Origin: the human T2T-CHM13v2.0 reference genome, Homo sapiens
NCBI RefSeq assembly: GCF_009914755.1
Contig: NC_060929.1
Length of the DNA stretch: 64,000 nt
Strand: one strand, 5' to 3'
Positions 53,819-64,000 of this stretch are shown here, one piece after another. The notes under the pieces are model-generated. The model ran no database searches. It worked only from the letters and a program-made list of their open reading frames with translations, and was not told where the DNA came from. Both the position numbers and the translations under genes were made by a program. Position 1 is the first letter of the stretch; each line of letters opens with the position of its first letter.

Positions 53819-55560
53819 CTTTTTTTTTTTTTTGGCAGAGCTAGCTGAGGTTTTATTTTGGACAGAAAAACAAAACAAAACAAAACAAAAAACAATTGAA
53901 TTGTTTTGTGGCTGGAGGCATGGGCAAGGGGCGGGGGTCCCCAGGCAGTGAACTCCCCCGCGGGTGGGCTGAGGGCTAGGGCTGAGCCTCAGGTAAGTCT
54001 CCTGTTCCCTGTGCTTCCTTGCACAGCAGCCTCCCTCCTAGGCTTTGGGGCAGCCGTAGGAGGGGCAGGCTGGGAGGGGCTGCCGCAGCTGTTCACTTGA
54101 GCAGGAAATCAGAGGACACCAGCTTCCCATCTCGGGTCTTGATCTTCTTCACAACCATGGCCCTGGTGGAGCTGGTGCGGCTGAAGGAGCTGGAACCTGC
54201 GCCAGAGCGAGAGCTGGAGCTCAGGCCGTAGCTGAGGCCAGAGCCTGTGAGGCCCCCATAGGCCAAGCTCACACCACCTGCATAGCCGCTGGTGGTCTTC
54301 GTATGGATACTCATGTTCTCCATCTTCCAGCAGCTTCCTGTAGGTGGCGATCTCGATGTCCAGGGTCAGCTTGATGTTCATCAGCTTCTGGTAGGCACGC
54401 AGCTGCCGCGCCATGTCCTACTTGGTCTGCTGAAGGGCGGCCTCCAGCTCGGACAGCTTAGCGTTGGCATCCTTAATGACCAGCTCCCTGCGCTGCTCCG
54501 CATCTGCGATGCCGGCCTCCAGGGAAATCCTCCCGCCTTTGAGGCCCTCAGTCTCAGCCTGGAGCCAGCTGATGTTCCGGTTCATCTCAGAGATCTCAGT
54601 CTTTGTAAGACGCAGGTCTTCCCAGCCAGCGTCTGCAGCTCCTCATACTTGATCTGATACATGCTCTCGGCCTCAGCCCGACTGCGGTTGGCGATCTCCT
54701 CGTACTGTACCTTGACCTCAGCGATGATGCTGTCCGTGTCCAGGGAGCGGCTGTTGTCAATGGACAGCACCACAGACGTGTCCGAGATCTGGGACTGCAG
54801 CTCCCGGATCTCCTCTTCATACAGCTGCCTGAGGAAGTTGATATCGTCAGCCCTTCCAGGCAAGACTCCAGCTCTACCTCGTTAATGTAAGCTTCATCCA
54901 CATCCTTCTTGATGAGGACAAATTCATTCTCCGTCTCTGTACTCTTATTGATCTCATCCTCATAGTTGTTCTTGAAGTCCTCCACCAGCCCCTGCGTGTT
55001 GCCAAGCTCCGCCTCCAGCTTCAGCTTCTCCTGGCCCAGAGTCTCCAGCTGCCGCCTAAGGCTGTTGATGTAGCTCTCGAATATGTTGTCCATGTTGCTC
55101 CCAGCCGTCTTCTGCTGCTGCAGGAGGCTCCACTTGGTCTCCAGCATCTTGTTCTGCTGCTCCAGGAACCGTACCTTGTCGACGAAGGAGGCAAACTTGT
55201 TGTTGAAGGTCTTGATCTGCTCCTTCTCCTGGGTGCACACAGCATGGATGTTGGGGTTCACCTTCAGGTTAAGGGGGTTCAGCAGGCTCTGGTTGACTGG
55301 GACGGCAGTGATGCCTCCCATGCCACTGGCCCCACCATAGGCCACCCCGGAAGCTGCTGCTGCCCACTCAGGAGAAGCTCAAGGAGCTGATGCAGACACC
55401 AGGCCCACTCGTGTAGGAGCAGCTGCAGAAGGCCCGGGTGCCAGAGGTGGACACCTTGTAGGACTTCTGCACCCTGATGGACATGGTGGAGGCAGGAGTG
55501 GAGGCAGGCGGGCTGAACCAGGCGGAGATTCCAGAAGGAGTGGAGAAGCTGCTTCTTGGT
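53819..55560 (-). pseudogene. KRT8P48: Full-length processed keratin 8 pseudogene (5'UTR, disrupted CDS 55484-54093, 3'UTR, poly-A)
   Basis: Intronless KRT8 homology (MSIRVQKSYKVSTSG..., [52 protein letters not shown]) split over several frames. Premature TAG at 54420-54418. AATAAA at 53857-53852 and poly-A at about 53820-53833. 16-bp TSD AGAATATATCTTTTCT at 53803-53818 and 55561-55576. The P48 number is from memory of this locus and is unverified. Confidence 0.95.
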
Positions 55561-55946
55561 AGAATATATCTTTTCTAACAGGTAAAGCAATATGTACACT
55601 TACAGAAACTTCTGTTAATGACAAGGTGGCACTTAAAATATAAAACTAAGTTTCCTTTACAATCTGACTCTCCTACAAGTAATTGTTAATGACTACACAT
55701 ACCCACACACTCTCTCTCTATAGACAAAAGTTTATCAGAGAGAATCCAAAATTGTACTTTTTGGTGTAGAACGTACATAATTTATTTTCTTATGGTCTTT
55801 TTCTAAATCTTCGGTATTTTCTATATTTTGCCATAACCATAAATACTTGAACAATTTTTAACTTGTAAACAATTTTAATTTGTTTTCAAACTGAATGAAA
55901 GATTTTAGCACTCATCTCAGCAGCTTTAAAACTTTTTAAAAATTTA

Positions 55947-56274
<328 letters not shown>

Positions 56275-56278
56275 CTAT

Positions 56279-56288
56279 GTATGTGTGT

Positions 56289-56324
<36 letters not shown>
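56279..56324 (+). repeat. (TG)n microsatellite after the Alu tail
   Basis: Directly visible, with two TA interruptions. Confidence 0.93.
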
Positions 56325-56329
<5 letters not shown>

Positions 56330-56460
56330 TCACTTTTTGTGGCATCCAGTTCTAAAGGTTTTGACAAATGCATAGAGATATGTATCCATAACCACTATCA
56401 TGATATAGAACAATTCCATTGACCCCAGAAAGTTCCTTCATACTGCTCTTTTTAGTGGAC
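56325..56460 (-). mobile_element. Old L1M 3' fragment
   Basis: AAAATTCAC..CAGTTCTAAAGGTTTTGACAAATGCATA..ACCACTATCATGATATAGAACAATTCCAT..CCCCAGAAAGTTCC. Confidence 0.6.
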
Positions 56461-57228
56461 AATTCTTCCAAAAGAAGTAAAATTATGGGAATAAAATGAA
56501 CTGATAGATATAAGAGCTTGTAAGAGTTAAAAATGCTGTGTAGATACAGTGTCTCTATTGATATGACTCAACTTGATTTGGCACCAATAATTATTTTCTT
56601 AGTACACAGAGTCAAAGATTTTTTTTAATCTTTCTGTCTAGATGTTATTACTATTTGGGATTCTGTTTGGATGGTATGGAGCTAAAAAAAATTCATCAAT
56701 ACACTTTTGCCAACCTGCATCCAAGCTACGTTATCCATGAAGTATTCTACCTTTTCACCTATGCCCTTGTCTAAATGGAACTATGTTTGAGTTCCTGATT
56801 CAGTAGCGTTACCTTCTTAACTTGACACTGCTTCTCACACTCATTTAGTTTGGTACTAAAGACAGAAGTAGTAAATACACAGTTCTGATTACACATGCCA
56901 CATGCTTGCTATCCTTGACCTACTGTGTGTAATACGTTCTGTTTGATCCAGAATTGTTTCCTCTGTCATCCAATCAGTGTCTAGTATTTGGATACTGAAT
57001 ATTCTTCCTTTCATTTAATTAATTCTGTGCATACTGGTTTTATCTTCAACCTGGTGCTGGTTTACCTCTTAGATGAAAGAATACAGATAGAAGGGTCCAA
57101 TAGCTCCAAGTCCCAAGCTCTTATCACAATGGCTGTTTCCTACTTAACCATAAGTGCAGTATTAAAAAATGGGCACTGCTTAAATGTCAGTCTGACCCTG
57201 TAGATCAAGCCCATTAATGGCATGTGTT

Positions 57229-57770
57229 ATGTCATGGCAGATACTCTTGGTTGGCTACTCCTACTCAGAATCTTTCTTCCTTGCCTGCCTCCTACTGTCC
57301 CACTGTAGAGGCTGGAAAACCCACATACTTGCTTTTTAGCCTCCCTTGTGGCTAGGGGTAATTGTGTGACCCAGATCTGGCCAATGAGGCATACAGGAAA
57401 GTCTACTGGGGAAGCAGGAGCGGGACAGAGATTCTGGGAAAGAGTTTTCTTCCCTGAATAAAAGGAAGTAAGTGAGGGAAGGCCTTCTGACCGGACTCTT
57501 CATTGCTTCCTGCCTTTGTTTGTAATTAAATGTGTTCATAATACGTGGGGCTGTGGCAGCCATCATGTGACCATGAGGTAATAAGCCTATGGACTTTAAA
57601 AGGCTAAGAAGCTGAGTATGACAGATGGGAGAATGGGACAATATCTTTGATGACACTGTTGAACAACTAAAACCTACCTTAAGACAGCCTATGTCTGAAA
57701 TTGTTAAACCCTGTGGTTTAAGCTACTGTTAGTAAGTTTTCTGTTATATTCATCTAAATTCATGCTACTA
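57229..57770 (+). mobile_element. Old MLT1-family (ERVL-MaLR) solo LTR
   Basis: GCCTCCCTTGTGGCTAGGG..TGTGACCCAGATCTGGCCAATGAG..GGGCTGTGGCAGCCATCATGTGACCATGAGG..GTTTAAGCTACTGTT..TTTTCTGTTA. Confidence 0.7.
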
Positions 57771-60495
57771 TACATGTCTTTCCATCTTTGTTTTCCTTAT
57801 AGCACTTTGCACAGGGCCAGGTTATTAATGCATGTTGAGTTGGAAACTCCCTTGCCTTACAACATATTTGCACAAACTCTCACATGCACATTTCCACTTT
57901 ACTCTACCACACAACCAATTTTCCTTCCCACTTGCTTGATTCCTAGTATTAAGATGATTTGTGTTTTTCCTCCTTCCCCTGCTGTGGAGATGGTGTATTA
58001 TTTTTCAACCATTCAAATATGAAAGCAGCTTACTGGGATAGAATGCCAACCCCAATTTATTCATGGTGTTCATTGTAAAATTATGACTTCAGAGGGACCT
58101 AGCCACACCCTCTTTAGGAGCCAAGCTTTCCCTGCTAATATGCAGGAAGCCCACCATGCTTGCTGAGCTGTGAAAATCCAGATGGTGGGAAGCAGGTGAG
58201 TAATGAATGCCATGCTGTTCCCCTTAAAATGCACACAGCTTCCCCAGGCTGACCAAATCTCCAACACTAAACAGGTTTGAATCAACCCAAGGACATGTGG
58301 GTTGATAAAGATTGCCTTTTATTCAAAACAAGTTCCTGCAACATAGAAGCCTAGAAGATAAAATTTTCCCATAGTTGGAACAAAACTTGCCTAAAGGGCA
58401 AAGGAGTCTTAAAAATTATAAGTCTCTGAGTACAGAAAAATCCAGTGGGAAATTGATAGCAGTCCAGACTTGCCTACATGCCTGTGTGGTTTACAGTGGA
58501 ATCTGCTGTCAAGGTGTTTACCATCTGTCACCCAATTTTTCAAAAAGCAGAGGAGTAATTAACTGCTCAGGCAATACAAACTCTGTCAATCATTCAGATC
58601 TATTATCCGCACAACATGGGACATCTATGGCTGACCCCAAAGTCAGCAGGACTCCAGGTCCAAAATGAGAAAGTTCTCACATCTGTGGGGGAATGGGAGT
58701 TCTTGGGCAGGCCCTGTGCTACCTGCTACCCAAACACACATATTATGGCATCTGGCACATGTTTGGTCAGAAATTTTGCTTTGCCAGATGTTCTGAAGTC
58801 AGTAAGACATGGTATCCACTTTGTGGAAGCTAAAATTCCCCATATTTTGGGACTGGCTCAGGTATCACTTCCTTAAGAAGCCCTGTGTGACTTCTTTTAA
58901 GCCCAACACAGCTCCCTTTATTATGCAGCCTCATTGCTCCCCATACTTTGCCTTTATAAGTTATCACCACTAATCATTAGCATTTATCACAATGATATTA
59001 GAATCATTTATATGCCTGTTTCAGTCTCTTCATTGTAAACTTCACAAGGAACTTGTTCACCACTAAACCCTCAGTGCCTAGCTGAGTCTCTTAGTATATA
59101 ACAGATGCTTCTCAATCTTTTTTTTTCTATGCTCACAAGTCATCAAGCAATCAATCTTTTTTCTTTAATGGATCACTGAATGGGCACTGAAGAGAGCCAA
59201 TACCAAAGTGGACCAACATATAGAGAATGGATAACCCTAAACAAAGTATCAATAATCAAAATATGTATGCTGGGTAGATGTAAACATTTACTTAAGATGT
59301 GAAGCAAGAAAAAGTTCTCATTTGGAATAGTGAGTGTTTGATGATTTTAGAATGAGATACATTGCTCAATAAATAATAGATCTTGTCCTAAAAAGCCTTT
59401 GCAGCACTGTCAGGGATTCAGGGTCCTATGAATAACAGGAAGAGAAAGCAGATGGGTTGGGGGAGAGAGGATGTCCAGGTAGGGTCCTACTTGGGAGAGG
59501 GCATGGAGGTGGTAATAAGAAAGCCAAAGTGGATGAGCAAATACATCTGAGATGAAAGGACTCGATTTAATGAATGCCTATTATGTGCATGTCACTGGGC
59601 TGGGTACCAGAGATATAGTAATAAACAAACACTACTGGTACTTGCCCTTGTGAAACTCTCAGTTAGAGGACTGGGAGGTAATGGGAGGTTGGGATACAAG
59701 TACAATGTTGGGGAAAGGTTGTTCAAAGATTCTGATCATAGAGATTTTTAAGTCAAAGAATTTTTTTTTTCCTAGAGGGAAGCAGAAGTCCTTATCAGAA
59801 CTCAAGGAAACACATCTCAGCCATATCCTTGCATGCAATAAATCTCTTTTATTTCTCTAAAGGACAAATTGAACACTAAATACAATGCATATTTTTGTTA
59901 AACTGTAGGTGGGCCTAAAGAAATGAATGAAGAATATGATAGGCAAGGATTTGATTTTTTCCTCCTAAAACATGAGGTCCCGATGTCAAACAAAATAAAT
60001 ATGTTGCTAATAGTTCACAAGGTATTATTATGTTACGATGGTTTTTCAAGGGTCTTAGCAAATAAAATGGAAAGTATTAGAAACAAGCGTGCCAGTTATA
60101 ATACCATGAATCACTTAGTATTTTTTCTCTTTCTCCCTCCCTCCTTCTAGTTTCTGGCTAGGAGTTGTGGTATTTTGAAGAATATTATAAAGTATGCTCT
60201 CTTTTGGATAATATGCATATTTTAAAGCACTGAATGCAATACTGTACACACAGTAGGTAAGAGTAAAATACAGAATGAATAAACTAGTGTTGATTTTCAT
60301 CAGCAGCAGGACCCAATCTTTAATAAATATTCATCAGGATAAAGGCAGTATAGTAAATACTTACTGCTTTTATCTATCCACTGAAAATCGGATATTTAGA
60401 AAATCTATTATATTTGACTTCATGGTCATGTAGCAGTTTAGATAACAATGAATAATATTAAAACTAGAAAAGTCAGGAAAGATTTAATGTTAATA

Positions 60496-60733
60496 GGACA
60501 TAAGGGTGATCTGGTTGCAACATCTGTCACCCCACTGATCACCAGGGTTGATTTGGCTGATCCGGATGGCTAGGCAGGTGTCTCCTTCCTCCCTCACCAC
60601 TCTGTGCATCCCTCCCAGAGCTGCACAATGGGTTGAAGAGCATGATCATCCCCAATAGAGGAGGACTGGTCTTCGGTCAAGGGTATATGAGTAGCTGTGT
60701 TCCCCTGCTAGAATCTCCAAACAACGTCTCAAG
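60496..60733 (+). pseudogene. 3'-truncated (tailless) 7SK snRNA retropseudogene
   Basis: Matches 7SK from its 5' end (GG...GGGTGATCTGGTTGCAACATCTGTCACCCCACTGATCACCAGGGTTGAT...) through TCTTCGGTCAAGGGTATA and CCCCTGCTAGAATCTCCAAACAA to CTCAAG, about 240 nt. No poly-A. Flanked by imperfect direct repeats at 60479-60494 and 60731-60746. Confidence 0.93.
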
Positions 60734-60749
60734 ATTTAGGGTTAATTAA

Positions 60750-62440
60750 TTCATTCATTGACCCATTTATTCACTCAACAAATGTACATTGAACACACCA
60801 ACTACGTGTAAAGTACTATTCCAGATATTAAAGAAAGATCAATTAAAAATAGATAAGATATCTGTCCTCATGCATCTTACATTCTAGTTGTGGAGAAAAG
60901 AAAATCATCAATGAACATATTAAATTACATTGTATGTTATGTACTAAGGAAAACAAATAGAGCTGAGTAAGATGAACAGGACTGGCATTTTCAGGGAGGC
61001 TGCAATTTCAATAGGGTGGTTGTGACAGACTTCATGGGGGAGACTTGAAGGAGTGGAGGCGTTCACGATGCAGGTATCTGTAGGAAGAGTGTTCCAAAGA
61101 GATGAAACTGACAATGGAAAGACCCTAAGAGGGAAATGAACATGTGTTAAGGGATCAGTGTGCCTAGAGCAGAACAAACAAGGGGTAAATAGGTAGGAGA
61201 AATGGGAGGTTCACATGATATAGAGTCTTGTATAACACAGCAAGGACTCTCTTACTAAAAGTGAAATGGGCACAACAATGTGAATGTATTTGATGCCACC
61301 AAATTGTATACTGAAAAATAGTTAAAATGGTAAAGCTTATGTTACGTACATTTTACAACAAAAAAGTGAAAGGGATAGCTGTTGGAAGGATACTAAGTAG
61401 ACAAGTGACTGCTTTTACAAGACTCAATTTGGCTACAGTGTTGATAACAGACTGTAGAGGGCTGAGGTAGAATTGGGAAGTGTATTGAGATAATCAAGGG
61501 GAGATAAACCATGGTGTAGGCTGTGGAGGTGAAGAGAACTGGCTATTTTCTGGATGATATTGAAAGTTGACCTGTGAGGATTTGCTGATGGATTGATTAT
61601 AGGGTTTGAAAAAATACAAGAATCAAGGATGATCCCAAAGTTTTTGGTCTCAGCAACTGGCATGTTAGAGTTGCCATCACTGAGAATATTGTGAGTAAAG
61701 CAGGCTTTTTGAGGACCAGATGTTCAGTTTTATGCATGTGAAATGTGAGAGGTTTATAAGTACAGATGTTGAGGAGATAACTGGAAATAAGAATTTGGAG
61801 TTCAGGAGAGGGGATTGAGCTGGTGATATAAATTTGGGAGTTATTAGCATTCAGATAGTGTTTAAAGCAACAAGACCAGATGAGGTCTTGGGGAGTGAGT
61901 GCATTAAAATAAATGAAGAGGACCAAGAGCTGAACAGTAGGGCACTCCAACATTGAAAAAGTTGGGGACAGAAGAAGAAAATCCAGGGAAAAAAACAAAG
62001 AGAATGACCAGTGAGATAATAAGAAAATCAAAGAAACGTAATGTCCTGGAAACCAAGTGAAGTTCAGACAAGTGACCAACCATGTCAAATACTGCTCATA
62101 GGCAAGCTAAAAGTTTAGAGTAAAACTTTAAGCTTAGTACTGTGGAGCTCATTTTTAACTTTGAGTAATGTATAGTTTCTATGGGATGGTGGCCATAAAA
62201 CTTGATCGGAGTAGGTTTCAGAGAGAATGGGAGGAGAGGAATTGGAGATGGTGACTATGTACAACTCCTTGAAGAGTAGCAAAGAAATGAGGTGAAAGAT
62301 GGTAAGGAAAGTGGGATCAAGAGAGTACTTTCACAGTGTCATAGAAATAACAGCATGTTTATATGCTGGTGGGAAAGTTCCAACTGCCAGGAAAAAAATA
62401 ACGATGAAGAAGAAAGAAGGTGGAATTGCTGAATGAATAA
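60750..62440 (-). mobile_element. Long L2 fragment (about 1.7 kb)
   Basis: TTCATTCATT..CAACAAATG start; GGATTTGCTGATGGATTG, GAATCAAGGATGATCCCAAAGTTTTTGG, GGAGTTCAGGAGAG, GAGAGAATGGGAGGAGAGGAATTGGAGA. Confidence 0.8.
61271..61361 (+). mobile_element. Tiny L1M(B)-type 3' end inserted into the L2
   Basis: CACAACAATGTGAATGTATTTGATGCCAC..AATTGTATACT..AAAATAGTTAAAATGGTAAA..TTTTACAACAAAA. TSD AAAAGTGAAATGGG / AAAAGTGAAAGGG. Confidence 0.75.
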
Positions 62441-64000
62441 AAAAATAAATGTATAGATGAACAGGCCAGGAATGAGGACTGGTCGCCACTAACATTTGAA
62501 ATAAAATCTGTACAGGTTCAAACCCTACCCACAGCCAAAATCTGGATAGTAAGAAAAATGCTATTGAAATCTTCTCTTCATATAAGGTTTAACAGGATTC
62601 TTAAAACATTTAGTATTACAAGAATTTCTCTCATATATCAGCATTTCAGAGATCCATGTGATTGCTATGAATAAAAGACCTCTTGATTTTTTTTTTGTTT
62701 CTTCCTCCTTATTCTCTCCCTCTCCCCTGACCTCACACCTCTTCTTTCTTTTCTGCTTTCCACTCATCTCTTCCTCCCTTCCCTTCTCCTTTTGAAGCTG
62801 AGAGCAGAAAGGACTCTGTTCTTTTAGCTACCTACTATCTGCCTACCAGGCAGAAGGCTGCTAACTCATATACACTTTAAAGTGATGAGAAATCTACTAC
62901 AAGATCACTTCCACATGGGTAGGCTGACCTCCTTTTGGCCTTCCTTAACTTTCACCAGTATCCTTAATATCTTATAGAAACAAGTCTGTCAGAGTGGGGA
63001 AAAAAACCCTACACTCTCATCCTTTCCCTGTGCAAGATTTACAGACACATTGTAAATGGCCAGACCCAGGTGATGGTGCCAGGAACTTTCCAAGTGATTT
63101 GTAGATCTCCCTTCCAGGACATCAGTCTTTAATGGAAAACTCTTTTAGCTGCACATTCCTTTCCTGCAGTATGACTACAGGTAGAGAATTGCAACTGTCA
63201 TAAAGAAGACTCACTGAAATTAACTAGCTATTGACTTGGTCTCAAGACATTACAGTCTAAGAGAAACACCAGCACTGCACAGTTTAGAAAAGCATAGTTT
63301 TTCTTTGAAACTACCATTTATTGAGTTGGCCTACTGCAAGCCAGGCACGGCGTTCGACCCTCTATATACATACACTCTCTTCCTAAATCTATAGATCCAT
63401 CGTCATATATTGGATACTGACTTTGGTCATGATCTGTGCTTTGTGTTTTATGTTATATCACTTAATTGTCACTCAAACTCCATGAGTTTTAGTATCTTTC
63501 CCCATTTTTCAGTTGGGAAAATGGTGGCTCAGACAGGATAAATAACTTGCTCATGTTTGTAAGACTAGTCGTGGAGCTGGGATTTAAACCCAATTGTAGT
63601 TCCAAAGCTTGTGTTCAGAACCTGCCTTTTTGTGGGCTGCTTCTTTTCCCTCCACCTTCTATTATTTCTTGTTCCTATTCTCTTCTGTATACTATCTCTT
63701 CTTTTTTCTATATAAATTCTTTTTTCATCTTTCACTCACAGTTGTAGGTTTTACTTCTTAACACAGCAGAGTGTATCTTCTGGGCTCAGTCTTCACTTTT
63801 CCATCATTGTCACACACTCCATCAAAGTTTAACTCCTCAGACTCTCAAAGCAAATACAATCTTTGCTGACCAACTGTTCATGCCATTTCATTTATCTAAT
63901 ATATTCTTGTCATTAATTGTGCCTGTTGACATCTCATTCTTTGAGACAGCATGTCCCTTGTGGGCAGGATCTTCTGCATTATTATAATCTGAGGACCTAG

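Noticed and set aside
54596-55345. 249-aa keratin-like ORF as a functional gene
   Set aside because: Part of a processed pseudogene with frameshifts, a premature stop, a poly-A tail and a TSD.
61597-62088. 163-aa ORF on the - strand
   Set aside because: Lies within a degenerate L2 and is at most an ORF2 remnant.

Overview
Primate (most likely human) genomic DNA lying inside the PPP2R2B gene (PP2A regulatory subunit B55-beta, WD40 repeat protein; human 5q32), transcribed on the - strand. Three short coding exons are present: 48931-49028, 45864-46029 and 39013-39125. All have canonical AG/GT boundaries and join in frame; the ORF track misses the first. The rest is intron, filled with retroposed and transposed sequence. 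This includes a full-length processed KRT8 pseudogene with a 16-bp TSD, a full-length 7SL retrocopy, a 3'-truncated tailless 7SK retrocopy, a 5'-truncated L1PA2-type element whose remaining ORF2 is open and has lost its stop codon, a near-full Tigger1 carrying a nested Alu, eight Alus, and many L2, MIR, MER and MaLR fragments. I find no evidence of a new multi-gene system, and nearly all short ORFs in the track are repeat-derived or noise. The most interesting unexplained signals are splicing-related or mechanistic: (i) a strong sense-strand acceptor followed by (UG)19, in frame with the upstream exon, resembling a TDP-43-repressed cryptic exon; (ii) a candidate 89-nt poison exon and a competing U26 acceptor upstream of the 166-nt exon; (iii) a ~210-bp locally templated insertion with flanking direct repeats and a fold-back junction; (iv) an Alu-containing segment ending in AATAAA plus a second A-tail; and (v) a double-tailed L1. 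Repeat subfamily calls are by eye, and boundaries of old repeats are approximate.
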